Of a DNA stretch of 64,000 nucleotides, positions 35,701 to 49,276 are shown one piece after another; positions within the stretch are counted from its first letter, which is position 1, and each line of letters starts with the position of its first letter. Both the position numbers and the translations under genes were made by a program. Where the stretch lies: positions 3,160,909 through 3,224,908 of the forward strand of contig MU057560.1 of NCBI GenBank assembly GCA_013265495.1. Reading direction: 5' to 3'. The notes below the pieces were generated by a model, which saw nothing but the letters and a program-made list of their open reading frames with translations, was not told where the DNA came from and searched no databases. Origin of the DNA: Vicugna vicugna (Eukaryota).

Positions 35701-38700
35701 CAGAGTTTGCTCAGCGCCTTTTGAGGTTCAGCCGCTAAACGCTTTGAGACTTGTTGGCTTGCTGCCTCCACCCACCAAAAAACAATCTGAAGGGTTGATT
35801 TTTCCTCTGTGCAGTCGACCTTGGAACAGCGTGGGGTTGAACTGCGAGGCCCCACTGCCACGTGGACTGCTTTCTATAGTAAGTACGTGTAGAAAATGCT
35901 ACGTGGCCTAAGGGCGGTCGGGCCCTGGGTGCAGAACTGCAGGCACAGGGGAACCACGCCAGGGGGCCGCCGCCGCCGAGTCCTGCTGGGCCCCCACCGG
36001 GTGGAGGGCCAGGGTTCCCACTGTTGCTCAGGGTCAGCCGTCTCCTCCTCAGGGGGCACTGGATGGCATTTCCAAATCACGCAGCTCCACCCCAAAGCTA
36101 CGACACTCATCATCACGTATTTATATGAACAGATGCGCTACATGTTTATTTACATGCTCAATATTTACTTTAGAGATTATACAACCGACCACCAAGGATG
36201 TCTTCTGCATCTTAGGTCTGACGCTAGATGTGAAGGAATCAAAGTTGGACACAACATTAAAGGAGCCCCCGGACCAGCGGAAAATAAGCAAATTGGATCT
36301 GTAGCGCTTTACCAATACAGAGGAGCTCCCCCAAAGTCATCCCCAGTCTCACAGCACCTCTCAAGCAGGCCCTGACTTGGTCTCACTTGTAGGTGACATT
36401 TAGCAACAACAGTTCAGATGACCAGACGGAAAAGCTACATGAAGCCGTTAGGAGGTGGACAAACACATCAGGTGAATGAGTCTGGATTTCGGGCTGACCG
36501 TTCATGACGCTCCTGCCTTCGTCCCTGCGCTTCTTCCTGTGCCTCACTAGTGCCGAGTGCCCTGGAAGACGGAAGTGATGTGGACCCAGGAGGAACAGGC
36601 AGCTCCTCCATCCTGTAAGCCTGAAGAATCCAGCGACACGAACACGCAGGCTGAGCTGGCGCTGTGGAATCGGAGACCTTCTATGCTGAGGCTGCCAAAG
36701 TTCATACCGCGAGACAGACCCCATGGCTGCCCGGGAGCAGGCCCGTCTCAGTCTCCGGGGAGGCCTCCTCCTGGTGTCTCTAGGTGGTCCTCATTCAGGA
36801 TCACCAGCACTGACGGCTGCTCTCCGCCCGCAGGCCCGTCCCGGTCAGCGGCAGCGGCGGCGGCGGCGGGCCCCTGCCAGCTCCTCCTCCCGCAGCCATG
36901 ACAGCCCACACCGAGCGTCCGTGTCCGGGCATCAGCGCGCACACAGGCCCCGCTGTGCTCCTGGGCCGCAGAGGATGTGCGGTGCTCTTCTGATGTGATC
37001 GGTGAGCTCATGTTTACACTCAAAAAAATCGAGCTGTGAAACGAAGCACTTTCTCCAGGAGAATGAACTCCATGTTCCAGTGACCTGAGGTCTGGGCTGC
37101 CGGCAGGAGTGCTGGGCGGATGTGACGTCGGCAGCAGCGTCGGGCCCCTGAATCCGGTGCCGTTGGTGTGGGCGTGGGGCTGATTCAGGCTCCCAGGGCG
37201 GCGCCCTGAACCGGCCTCTGGGCCCATCCGGGGTCTTGCTTTTCCTGCACAAGCAACCGCACGGAGCAGACACACCCACTCACTCTTCTCGATGTCGATG
37301 GAGCCGTAATTACCAAACGATGCTGCTGCTGCTCAGCTGGAGGGCGGGGAGGGGGGAAGTGTCTCCCGCAGAAACTGTTCCAAATGGCAGCTAATGAAAG
37401 GAGCGCCTGCCAGGAGGTGCCTTCGCCGGGCAAGAGCGAGGCGCCAGTTACAGGGGATGGTGAGGCGGCAGGTATGTCATTACCACAGGGTCGCGCAGTC
37501 CTTCCTACAGCAAACACGCAGCCCCGTCTCGGAGAAACCAGAAACCAGGGAGGGAGGGCACCCTGGTCAGAGAGAAGAGTGGGTGGAGACAGAGACAGGG
37601 TGGCGGACAGACAGACAGACAAGCACTCCTGCGAAGCACCTGCTCTCTGCAGACGCCCTCTGAATGGGCCCCACAGAAGGGAGGACACGCTGCCTGACCC
37701 CCAAATGCCCAGAACCTGGTTTCTGGAGCATTAGCGACACAGGGCTCTGATGACCGGTGGTGGCCATCGGCTCGTGTGGGACATTAATGACCAGCTGTAA
37801 GGGAGCGAGGCAGCTCTGCTAGGATTCTGGGCAAAGAAAGTGACATCTCTCAGGGAGCAGACTGGTTGTGGGGACGGAGCAGGGATTTCCTGTAGCTCTG
37901 GTGCGGCCGCAGGCCCAGCACGGGGTCACCAGGTGCAGAACTGGGCCAGCTCACCTCACTGGGCGGAGCAGCCGGGCTCTCAGGGAGAGCCTGAACCCCG
38001 CCCAGCCCTTTCCATCTCTTAGCTCAGATGAGTGCCTTCCCCAGCTCGGTTCAGGATTGGGGGGGCACGAGGTGTCCGTGAAAAGCCGCAGTGCACCCCA
38101 CATTCTCCGAAAACACCTGTGATTTAGAAGGCGTTGTAGCCAAACCCAGGGAGAGGGAGGAGGAGGGCCTGAGGGCTGCCCACTGGGCTCGGAAGCGGGT
38201 CGGGAAGGCGCGGTGTCCTGCTCCGCCTGGGGACCCGGCCCCAAGGGGCTGCACACGGAGGGGCCCAGGCCGCAGCAGGCCTCACCCCCAGAGCAGCGAT
38301 CTGGGAGGATGCCAAACCCCTGAGCACGCTATTTGCTATTTACATGGAAGGAGACGTGCTTCGGGACAATCCCAACAGCTGAGGTCAGGGATTCAGTCCC
38401 ACGATGTGCTGTTCTGACGCCACCACCGCCAAGAAAACCGGCCACGGAATTTCCCAACAAACAAGCAAAGCCTGGCGCTGATAGGAAGCGACCTTCTCCA
38501 CCTGCTGGTCAGGGAGCCCCTGCACCCCCAGAGCAGAATTTCCGTCCATGAAATTGAGATTGGCCCCGGGAAGTAGATTAAACCGTCCGCTACTGCAACA
38601 GGTAGAGCACTGTGATCACGTACTTAAAGCGTCCCTCGCGCTTTAGAACGCTGTGCGTGGGGAGACCCAAACCTTGAGAGTCTTAATTAAGAAGGACTTT

Positions 38701-39419
38701 CAGACCTGGGTCCTGGGACATCTAGGCACATCCCCCGGTTCTGGGGGTGGGGACCCTGCTCGGGGGGAAGGGGCTGACCTCGGGGAGGCTGGTTCTCCCT
38801 TAGTCGCAGGGAGTGGGAGGCACCTCGGCCCGAGCCTGACTGTCGTGGCCCCTTCCCAGGTCCTCAGCCTCCCCCCGCCCCACCCGCTTCTCCACCCGCA
38901 TTGAGGCCGGCAGGGTTACCTGCAGTTATCTTAGTGTTTCCTTCATATCAAAGTACACCTAGGAACAAGTGTCAAGAGCAACTGAAGAACATCACTGCAT
39001 CTGGGGAGAATTCGGTGATTGTGCAGCTGTGGCGCGAACTCTCCAGCACCCGTAACTCACAGCTTTGGTTTATGGAAAACAGGGGTCCCCAGGGGAGCCC
39101 GGGCCTGGGTCCTGGGATGGAAAAGGGCTCGGTGGAGAGGCCGATGGGGTCTGATGGAGCCTGTGGCTTAGTCACCAGAGCTGGACCTCCCTTAACCGTT
39201 CAGTTTCAGCGATCAGACCAGTCAGTTACGGGGTCGACGCTGGGGGAACCTGGAGGGAGGGCATGGAGAAACCCTACCACGGCCCAGCTTTCCTGTAAAC
39301 CCACAGTTATTCAAAAATAAAACACTCGCTAAAGAACAGCTCATTACCAATGAAAAGAAGACACGCATTCGTGTCTAGATGTCTGAGGGCGAAACTTGAT
39401 TTGACCTTTATTATTTTCA

Positions 39420-39530
39420 GGTTTTTAAATCGACTTATTGAGGTATGACTGCCATTCAAAAAGCTGTGTAAATGTAATGGCTACAACTTGATGGGCTGAA
39501 GATGAGACACTGGTGAAACCGACGGTATTT
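39420..39530 (-). mobile_element. Old L1M 3' end, reverse orientation
   Basis: ttttaaatcgacttattgaggtatgactg...tacaacttgatg. Confidence 0.55.
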
Positions 39531-39649
39531 GCCCCGAAGGCCCTCAGCCCTCCCACGTCAGGGCTGGCAGATGCCGGCGAGGAGGGGAGGAGAGGGAGCC
39601 CCTCTGTGCTGCTGGGGGGAACGTGAAAGGGGCAGCAGCTCCTCAGAGA

Positions 39650-39890
39650 AATAAAAACTGAGCCACGCTGTGATCCGGCAATTCCACTCCTGCCTATTTA
39701 TCCCAAAGAAACGGGACCTGGGCCTGCAGATACCTGCACCCCCGTTCAGGACAGCAGCACGCAGCCGGCCACGGCTGGGAGGCAGTCGCATGGCCCGCTG
39801 ATGGGCGATGGGACAGCGAGAACGGCCGCCTGCACACAGGGACCAGCACTTGGCCTCAAAGGAAGGAGCCCCTCTATCCACTTCAATGGC
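39650..39890 (+). mobile_element. L1 ORF2 end / 3' UTR fragment, strongly GC-shifted
   Basis: tgatccggcaattccactcctgcctatttatcccaaagaa...agatacctgcacccccgttca. Confidence 0.75.
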
Positions 39891-40557
39891 AGAAAGGTCA
39901 CGACACTGAGGGGGCTGCATACAGATTGTTAGGTTTCCCGAAGCCGTCAGGTTTTGTCTGTGGTTCTGACGTTCAGACTCACAGAAAGTTCACTGACGAA
40001 CTTATAGGCCAGGCATCCACATTATATGCAGCCGATTTTGGGAAAATGGTGCAGGTGGGAATTGGAAAGTAAATTGCAAACTGTAGTGCGCAGCATTAAA
40101 TTTCTATTAGGGCCCAACAAGATTGGACTGTTCGGCTCTTCTGATAAAACTTGGAAGAGCTGAGGGGAAACAGCTTTTTAAGTTCCGTTCTTTGCCCATT
40201 AAATCAGAATGAGGAGAGGGCGCCCTTCTGTCTTGTTTGCTGTCCGGACTCTTCAGCCGTATAACTGGTGCTCTAAGACAGCCAAGCTCCGGCACCCCCA
40301 CCTCAAGCCAGCTGGCCCTGTAAGCACGAGGACATCCCAGTGTCCTGATGGTTGTTCGAGCTGAAGGACGAGCACGGTGGGTTAGTTTAGGACTTTAAGA
40401 AAAGCCAGCGGGCCCCGCAGACCCCTTCCTGCCTTGGGGTTGGAGGAGGGCACCACGGCCGTGCCTGCTCTGGCCTCGGCCGAACAGCGGAGCTGGTCTT
40501 CGCTGCTCTTACAGGAGGGCCGGTCAGCACCTCCCAGGCCCTCCAGGGCATGCTTTC

Positions 40558-40674
40558 AGGAGGAGCCACGAAGACGCGGAAGGACGAGCCCTTCAGGGCC
40601 AGGAACTTGGGTCTGAAGGTCTGAGAGGAGCCGGCCCCGTCCAGCCTCTCGCTGGCCCATCCCATGTGCACAAC
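40558..40674 (-). pseudogene. SNTG2: SNTG2 exon 12 equivalent (117 nt, PH domain start) with non-canonical GA donor: VVHMGWASERLDGAGSSQTFRPKFLALKGSSFRVFVAPP
   Basis: Acceptor ttttcccctgcag|GTT; 30/39 identical to recalled human exon; the expected donor position reads CCT|gaaagc rather than gtaag. Confidence 0.9.
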
Positions 40675-40954
40675 CTGCAGGGGAAAAGCTGCACGTTAAC
40701 CGCCAGATCTCAGCAGGAGCGCAGGGTCGGGGTGGGGGGACCGTGTCCAGCACGCTCGTGTCCGCAGACCGGACACCGGGAGGGCTGGCTCGGCCAATGT
40801 CCGACTGGCACCAAGCAGACACAGCACAAATGTGCCACGTCTGGGGTCGCTCGCCCACAGCTCTGCGAGGGGCCAGGCTCCGCGCGTGAGCTCCTGTGTG
40901 GCCTCAGTCTTGGCCCGTGCCGGGCTTCTCCGCTCCGTCAGAACTGTGCCTTCC

Positions 40955-41118
40955 ATATTTATTTTTTTACTTTTTTACTTATTTATTATTTTCTTTTTTA
41001 GGAGGAGGTAATTAGATTTTGTTATCTACTTATTTATTTTTTTAATGGCTGCACAGAGGATTGAACGCAGGAGCCTGTGCAGGGAAAGCCGGCGCCCTGC
41101 CACGAGCTACACCCTCCC
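40955..41118 (-). mobile_element. tRNA-Ala-derived SINE (camelid-type, long tail)
   Basis: T-rich tail, then gaggattgaacgcaggagcctgtgc..gagctacaccctccc. Confidence 0.8.
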
Positions 41119-42419
41119 TTCTGCGTGTTTTTTAAAACATAGTATTTCCTTACACTCTCTTAGGGGTTAGTATTCCAGATTTGTCTACGCAGTTGCAGAA
41201 AGGCCTAAGTGTAATCTCCACACCTGTGTGAACGTTAGTTAACACACACGGGCGAAGCGGTCGTTCCTTCATAGTTCAGCTTCCTAACAACAGTGAACAT
41301 AATACTGGGCATTGAGCCTTCCAAACCTGGAGACACAAAATGCAAACTGCAGCGATCAGAACACGACCTTAAAAGTTAATGAAGACAGAAGCATGGAATC
41401 CAGCGCGTGAACTGAAGTTGGCTTCCCCGAGGTTCTGACGTGATGCGCTCGCAGGAGGTGGGAAGAGGAATTTCGTTTTAATTTTCCCGTTTCCGCATTT
41501 TGCTACGTTAACAACAACAAAAATCCTGCACAGTGAACATTAAAACATGCTGCACGTTTAAACAAAACGAGGAGTACGTCATCACAGACATGCCGACCGC
41601 TTTATGGACCGAAACGTCTGAAGGCGGGCGTGCCCTCGGGGTCGGAGGCCCGGGAGCTCGCAGGAGAGCCCTCCCGGCAGCGGCAGCCGCGGGCTCGAGC
41701 TAGGTCGCCTCCTTCCCATCTTCGCCGGTCCCGCCTCTGCCTGGTGAGAGGCTGCCTGGGTCAGGGCGCCAGGGGACATTTTACAGAAATGCCATTTTCA
41801 CAAACAGTGTTCCTAGCAACGGACAAGCAGAAATCACGTCTCCTGTTTACGGAGAGTGGCGGCCACAGCCCAGCGGGCACCACGCTGCTGGGCCTGGGTG
41901 CTGAAGCCGGGAGCTAGGGCGTCAGGCCGGCCTAGACGCAGGAGCCTTGCAGAGTGGCCCGCTGGTTCCCTGGCTCGTGAGCCTGCCCGTTCCCTCTGGG
42001 CCTAGCCAGCGTCTCCCGAGGACGTAGGAACCACGCCACCGTGGTGAGGTTCCAGTGCTAAAACAGGCTGTCTACTGTGAGCAGACAAGAAAGTCATTTC
42101 ATACGTGTCTCGGAGCCGTGTAACGTCGCTGGCCTCCGTTTTCTGTGATTAGCTCCCGTGGGAATTCCGAGAATCTGACGCTGAGCCTCGGGAGCCCCTC
42201 CCACAGCACTGGCAGGCCCAAGGTCGGGGGAGTCAGGGCTCTGGAAAGCACGCCGATGCAGCTGACCCCCTGAGCGTCTAGTGGCCTTGAAGCTGACCAC
42301 ACGGATTACCTAGAGCACCTCGGATCGACTGACTCTCCCCCTTTTTGTCTGGTTGGGTCACACAGATACACTTTCTAACACGAGCGGTGATACGGCTGTA
42401 AGTCGTAAGACGCGCTCAG

Positions 42420-42510
42420 TTTCCATTGTTAACCCCTGCTCCGTTGTAACCGCGTTGTTTGTGTTCTTACCCTTTGAGTTTTAAGAGTTCTTTGTATATT
42501 CTGCATAAGG
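42420..42510 (-). mobile_element. L1 ORF2 fragment, reverse orientation
   Basis: gttgtttgtgttcttaccctttgagttttaagagttctttgtatattctg. Confidence 0.55.
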
Positions 42511-43209
42511 AGAACTTCATTTTCTCTCTGCAAGTCTAGCAGACCCTTGATATTTCTAAATGAATTCAAGGCGTGATTACTGAATCCCAGCTCACTGCTG
42601 TGCGAGCGCGATGATTTGTACAACTTACGTAACACAGGACTCGTTCTGGGTACGGTTACCAAAACCAATGAACTGCAGATACACTGAGTGAAAACACACA
42701 CAGTGAAGGAACATACGGAGCTGCAAACACACACAGTAAAAAGCGGGTTTGCTCAGAAGTCAGCCTCCGGTCCGTGAAGTCTGGGTGTGTGGTGTTAAGG
42801 AAGCTGCCTTGGTTATTTTAAGCTGGTGCCTGTGATCATCCTTCTGAACGTCTTTGAGGGGCCGGTGTTTGGATACTTTTTCCTTAGTTCAAATTCATCA
42901 GAGCCAATGAGCTGCCCTGTGGTTTGGGACAATATCCACCCCATTATGCTATTTGATGATAGGGCTGCCTTCTTAGCAGTGGGCCGGGGGCCACTGGGTG
43001 ACACTGGGGCAGGGACTCTGGACGTGGAGCCAGAGTTACTCGGAGCCCTGTGTCCCCGTCCTCACCCTCAGAACAGGACTGACAGCCAGGCACACGCCTG
43101 TTCTGGGCGCAGGAGCAGCGGTCTGCACGCGGGTGCTGGCATCGCACAATGCCAGATCGTCTCAGCACCCTTCTGGGTACACTCTTCTGGGACTCTGCTC
43201 CCCTCTGGG

Positions 43210-43328
43210 TCCGCGTCACACCCCACGCTCTCTGAGGGCGAGGCTGTGTGCCCCGCCATCTGCCCCGCATCCGCATCACACCCCACGCTCTTCGAGGGCG
43301 AGGCTGCACGCCCCGCCATCTGCCCCGC
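43210..43328. repeat. 60-bp tandem repeat, 2 copies
   Basis: Lines 43201 and 43261 align column for column (tccgc..tcacaccccacgctc..gagggcgaggctg..ccccgccatctgccccgc). Confidence 0.9.
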
Positions 43329-46300
43329 GGCGCAGGACTGGCCGAGGGGCCTGGTGCCTGCTCCCTGAAGGAAGGGGTGTCGTCCTCCCTCTGTCACTGT
43401 GCGTGTCTGCACGAGCAGCGGAAGGGGCACGCAGTAGGGCGTGCTGACGGGGGCATCAGGTCGGCCGGCTGGGAGGCCTCGGTTTTACTGACGACTGTCA
43501 AAGCCTGGAGCCAGAATTTTTAGAAAACATAGAAAACTGTTTCAACTCTAAATTGCTGCAAGTTTTCGAGGCAGCAGCTCAAAACTGTGCTTTGATGCGC
43601 CATCTGTCACCAGGAACCACACCGAGCTCCTCCTCCTGCCCCTGCGTCGGTGCGGCCGGTGGGGACACAGAATCATCACGGCCCAGGAGGAAAGTAAGCG
43701 GCGGGAAGCAAGCAGCCCCCACAGGCCCCCAGCAGCGCCGTGCGAGGCCCTGGGCCCCCAGACAGGCCCCCCTGCTGAGAACCCCGGCAGACAGGGCCTG
43801 CAGCCTGGGGTCCTGGGGGGCGGGGGTGGGGACACAGTAATTCTTTTGTCTGCAATGGGGAAAACTCTGCTGGCATCTCCCTTCATTTTTAAAATCGCAC
43901 ATTCCAGTGCTGCCACGTCGCCCCGTCCTCTCTCTCTTCATGAACTACTTGGTCACGCACTGCAGTTCAGACGCCACGAGGGAAGAATGACGCACTGGGA
44001 CCTGACTTGAGGGAACTTAAGACGGCTGTAACCCCCACAGACGTAAAAGTGTAGATTAATGGCAGGCAGAGAGATGCTGATAGACAGACAGACAGGAACA
44101 CAGAGTCGCATCACAGACGGTCCGGCTGAGCGGAGAGCTGAGGGCATGAGTTCTGGCTGAAGCGGGGAAGCCGGGCTCTCTAGCACAGCGCAGCCTGTGC
44201 TGTCCCCGTGCGAGCCCTTCGGGGACAGAGGTACCGTCGATTCCAGCTTAGCCTGAGAGTCACTCTTTCTCTGGAGACCCGGGTGCCAGCTGGGACCCCA
44301 GAACCACATCGCCCAGAGCAGGACCGAGCGTGCTGGTCTCCCCACCGCCCCCCACCCCAGTCGGGCCGCCTCCCCCCCGGGGCTGGGCCGGCGTTGGGTT
44401 TGCTGTTTCCCCTCCCGGGTCTGGTTGACACAGGGCTGGGCACAGCCCTCGACAAGAGTTAGACGCTGAGGAGCCAACTGGGGGCTCCTTTCCTGGCCAA
44501 GGGGTCGACGCACAAATTGTCAATAATCTGAATCGTCTAAACATTGGATGTGAAGTTGATGAAATTCCGTATGTGACTGAAGTCTGCCTACGTTAATTAG
44601 CAAAGAAATACGTCACTGCTTAGCTATCACTGGAAACACTTGCAGCTTTACCAGCCTTTTTTAGGTATATGCAGCTCACAGTTTCAAGGGAAGCTGATCT
44701 TACCTTTTATGGCTTATTACATAATCCAAGAAGTGTCTGTTGTAATTTAGTGAACACGTACCTGACTATATTGAATCAAGGGGATCTAACCATTAAAATA
44801 AAAGAGCATATTTTCATTTATCTTTTCTGATTCATTTCTATAGAAAAGTCCTTTTACTTTGTTTCACCCGAATGAGTCAAAATAATTCGTTTAGCATCTA
44901 CGAGATAATGACTGTACAACTGGTCTGTTCCTTGTCACAGGAAAAGCTAAAAAACGCGAGCTATTTAGGCTTCTTTTAAATTTGGTGATTAAGGAGCCGT
45001 GTCTCCCTTTAATTCAGGTTTTCAGGAAGTTCATTTTGGAAAACAGGTTCTTGCTATTTTCGTAGGGTGAACACGTGTCCTGGTTCTGCTGGGGCAATTC
45101 TAAATCTGCTCCTGTGGTCTCAGCGTTACCGTCAGGTTGCTCTGCACCCCAGAAAGAAGCAGAATTACAGTCACGTTACGCAGCAGACGCGACAGCCTGA
45201 AACTCTACGCCCAGGCCTCTGCATTGTCCTCCTGACTCTGTTCGCTTCTGCTTTTGTTTGCCAGTCTCAGTGGCTGTCGAGCATCTTTATTTTTCATATT
45301 TATTCAGATATTATTCTTGCTACACACCAAGATCAGCAATTAATTGTTCAAAGTGAGAAAAAATCCTTTTTTTTAAACAGGGTGCAACACCATGGAACTA
45401 ACCTCCTACGATGCAGGCAAAGTGTCTAGTGTTTAGAGAAGATGGGGAACAATCTAATTCTTTCTTAACCCTCCACAGCGAGGCTCCTCTGCAATATTTC
45501 CTTCCAAAAACCTAATTCAAGCCCTTCAGTAAATTCAAAGTTACATAGACATTTTAGGGTTAAAAAACGACTTTAGATTAGCCATGCCAGCTTTCCTATT
45601 TTCTAGATAAGAAACCAGGAATCAAGTGTTAATTTGCTCAAACGGCACCACCAGAGAAGGGATCGCGTGGGACCAGAATCCAGGTTTTATTCATACAGAG
45701 CCACCCAGACTGGCATCACACGAACATGGTTAACAGGAGGCGATAAATTTCACTAAGACAAAACCGAAGCAAAACTATTGCATGGCCTCGGAGGGTTTTG
45801 AACCATAATTCATTTAATGTCCTCCGTGCTGGGAGTCAGGTCCTCAGACTCCGTTCAGGGCTCTCTCCTGGGGCTCAGTTTTAAGCAAAACAAAACCCAT
45901 CTTGACCTCCAGGCCGGTGCCCTTCCCAACCTGCCAGGTGACTCAAGTACAGCCATGAACCCCGGGGTCCTCAAACCCATGAGGTCCAAGTCCCGGGAGG
46001 TCCGCACGTCAGCAGGGCGCCTTCTCAGCACAAGGGGTGCTCATGGGCGTGGACTTGACCGGTTCCAGGCTACTGAGTGTGAGCGATGTGTTTGGAAAGT
46101 CCCGGGGGGGTGACTCCCCAGCAAGGACCCTAGAGAAGCCGGAAGGAAGGGGCTCTGGCCGCGGGCGCTCCCCGTGGTTCGGGAAGAGCCTCTGACTCAG
46201 CAGAAAAAGGCTCACGGGACCTCGTGCCGCTACTGATTGTGCCGACAGAACCCTGACCTCAAATGGCAAGCCGTTGTCGGGGGCAAAGGCACCGACCTGG

Positions 46301-47583
46301 TCTGTTCTCCCTCCCGTCAGCTTTGGGAGATAAATCCAGAGAAGACACACGACGTGTGAACCACGGGGAGGTGTGTCCCCAGTGGAAAGTCCAAAAGAAG
46401 CATCTGTCTTAGGAACACGAGGTGTAGCAAGGAAAGTGTGTTTGTGTGTGAGCATGAAGACGAGTCCTCTGTTGTCTGAGGACGTTTGAGGGACGTTACT
46501 CATCAAACAGCCCACCTCCCTCGCTGCCCCATGTACACAGACACAGCTGTTCACAAGTTCAGAGAAACATTATAAAAGGAATAAAAGGTAGAGGAAGTTT
46601 TCCTAGTGTTTCTTTTCTAATTTAAAAACGTCGACTAGAAGGGTTTACTTTAAAACATGGCTCTAATTTCCTGTAAACGTTTGATTGGCAGACACTTTCC
46701 TGAATGTCTTCCACTTTGAATCAAATTTTATCACTAAGCACTATTTGGAGTATTTATACACACTATTTAAAGCAAACTGAACGATTCTTTGGTTTTTTTA
46801 ACTTGAGGCTGCAATGGTGCTTCCTCAAACCTATGGAATTAGAATCAGAAAGCTAATGGGCTATGAAGTTTTAAAGGTTCACGCCTGCAGCTTTGGTTTT
46901 GACTTTATCAGAAAGGAAACAGGGAGTAACACAGGGACTTCAAAGCTCGCTCCCCTGACACACAGCCGAGGACTTGTACCCCTAGTCAGCACGCACCCCT
47001 CGAGCCAGGAAGTCGGGCGTGTTCAGGGCCGGCCTCTGCTCTCAGAAGGAAGAACTGAGGGTTCCTCACGGGGCAGGGAACCTGGGTCGAGGTAGGGGCC
47101 CCCCAAAGTGAACACACCATTTGCGTCAGGGGGCGCTCTTCCCCAGGAACAGGATCTGCGGCGTCAAAGGCCTCCCCAGAGCGAAACTTCCCAAACGAGG
47201 GCACCATCTGAGAAAACGACAGGAATCCAGAAGCTACCTGCTGTAACTGACTACGCTTCAATGAAAAACATTCCGAATTACACAGGCGTGTCTCCGCCAT
47301 CTATCCTCTCTAAGCTTAAAGGATCACACCCAGTTACCTTGTGACCACGGCCCCCTACAGAACGCGGCTGCCCACAGCACCGAGATCCGGCTCTCAGGGC
47401 AGAGCGGCTCCCGGCGCCACTCCCAGCACAAGGGACAGTTTTACGCGGCGGCACTGAGGGCGCGGCCCCGACTTGGGTCTGACGTGTGCTGGGGCTTTCA
47501 CATCCACGTGTCCGAATCCAGCTTCAGAAACAGGAAGAGGCTACTGTTGGAGACTTGCACGATCCACACAAACGCAGTCCTAC

Positions 47584-47622
47584 CTGGTCACCAGGAGAAC
47601 AGCACGCATTCACCATTCTCAC
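47584..47622 (-). CDS. SNTG2: SNTG2 exon 11 equivalent (39 nt, intact): VRMVNACCSPGDQ
   Basis: Acceptor cccctctctctgcag|GTG, donor CAG|gtagga; 8/13 identical to recalled human MKMANKCCSPSDQ; expected size and position. Confidence 0.88.
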
Positions 47623-49148
47623 CTGCAGAGAGAGGGGAGCAAGGAGTCATTGTGACACGTGTATTAAAGCCGTAATTTCCCACCCTGTCGAGTTGACAGC
47701 TGAAGTTAATCAGCTGCATGAAGTGCCCTTGGAAACAAGTGTCTTTTAGGAAGCTTTTCCCCCCAAAACAAGAGCAGAAACAAATGCATGGTAGCAGCTC
47801 GCATCACAGAAAACCCAAGACGAGCACTCGGTCTGCTCTGTTTCTGGCATCAGCATTTTGTGAAGTGAGGCAGTGGGGCAGCTGCTGCTCAGAGCTCAGC
47901 CCCTGAGGGTCCGGGGACGTGGTCGCTGCCCTAGGTGATCAAGGTTGTTACAGTTCCCACATCTCACACCGCTCCTTCCTGGGTCCCCCAGCCATCCTGC
48001 ACGGTGGACCTCACTCCCCCGGATTTACAGCACGGCCACGACTACGCAGCTGGAAAGTGGCTCTGAGCCCGCAGTTCTGGCTCTAGAGCGCTCATGTCTC
48101 CTCCCCCGCTCTGCCTACGAGCTGCTCTGTGTGCGAACCATCGGCCTGAAGGGCTCTCGTGGTCACGCGCATTCTCAAGTGTCCGCCCACCACCACCTGG
48201 GTGTTCCTTTCCTCCCATCCACCAGGATACCTTTGGAAGTCAAAATGTCAGGTAGGAGAACTGAGGTCCTAGAGAGGAGCAGGTACCCCCAGTGCAACAG
48301 AGAGCCCCACGGTCTGTGGAATAGAAACCTCACAGGGTCTGAAAGTGCTCCAGCAGCCCCCGGAAGGTGGCGGCATGTGAGAAGAGGGGGTGGCGGGCTG
48401 CTGCCGGGGCCGTGACTGGCTGGCCAGAGGGCGTCCAAGGACACCAGGCCCCTCCTCCACAGCGGCCCGGGGATGGAGCCGGCTCTGGGATGCCAGCGTG
48501 GCCAGCGGGGCACGGCACTGGCCGGGAATGAGAACCAGCAAACCGTGCCCGGCCACCTCCGGCCGAGCACTGGTCCTCCCACGAGCCCCGCACTGCGGAC
48601 GCCAGGAATCGCCTCGGGGACCTTAATGCTGCACGGATGCTCGCCTCCCGCCACACCTCAACCTGCCAGCTATTTTATGTTTTAACTTCGTGCTGACTTT
48701 GATCGCAAGATGGTTCTCTCAAGGAGACAGAGCACACTTCCTTCCTGGGTACCTGCAGTGAACCAGGACTATTCTTGGTAGCTGGGCGTCTTTGAAAGTT
48801 TCCTCAGTGTTTTGGGAAATGACATCTTGAACCCGATTAGGTTCCCCAAATAAAAACGCCACATCACACCGACGCGCTTGGGTAAAACGCACATAAAGGC
48901 ATCTGCGCCCAAGCGTTTCTGTGCAGGCGGGAGGGGAGCGACCAGCGCGAAGAATCCAGACACTTGGTTCTGCCGCTGCTCTTACATCAGTCATTACAGC
49001 TTTGCAATGACTCAGTTGTTTAACTTTTTTTAGTCAGAGATTCGACATGTTCTTCTGTTTAATGTTCTTACCAGTGTGTTAGGCCCAACTGCAAGTAACA
49101 AAAAAGTCTTAATTGCTTTTGTGGACACGGCGGGAGGTCCGCACTCAC

Positions 49149-49276
49149 GTCCTGCAGCGTCCGGTGGCTGATGTTTGCTGACACGGCCCTGAGCCAGTCA
49201 GCGCCGTCCTGGGCTGTGTGAAACTGCAGGAGCCCGTGCTGCCCTGTCTGGGGCCAGCACCTTGAATGCGCCGGAC
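49149..49276 (-). pseudogene. SNTG2: SNTG2 exon 10 equivalent (128 nt) with 2-nt deletion frameshift
   Basis: Acceptor ctcttcccgcag|G, donor GAC|gtgagt. The 5' part reads SGAFKVLAPD in one frame and the 3' part reads GLLQFHTAQDGADWLRAVSANISHRTLQD in another. Confidence 0.9.
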
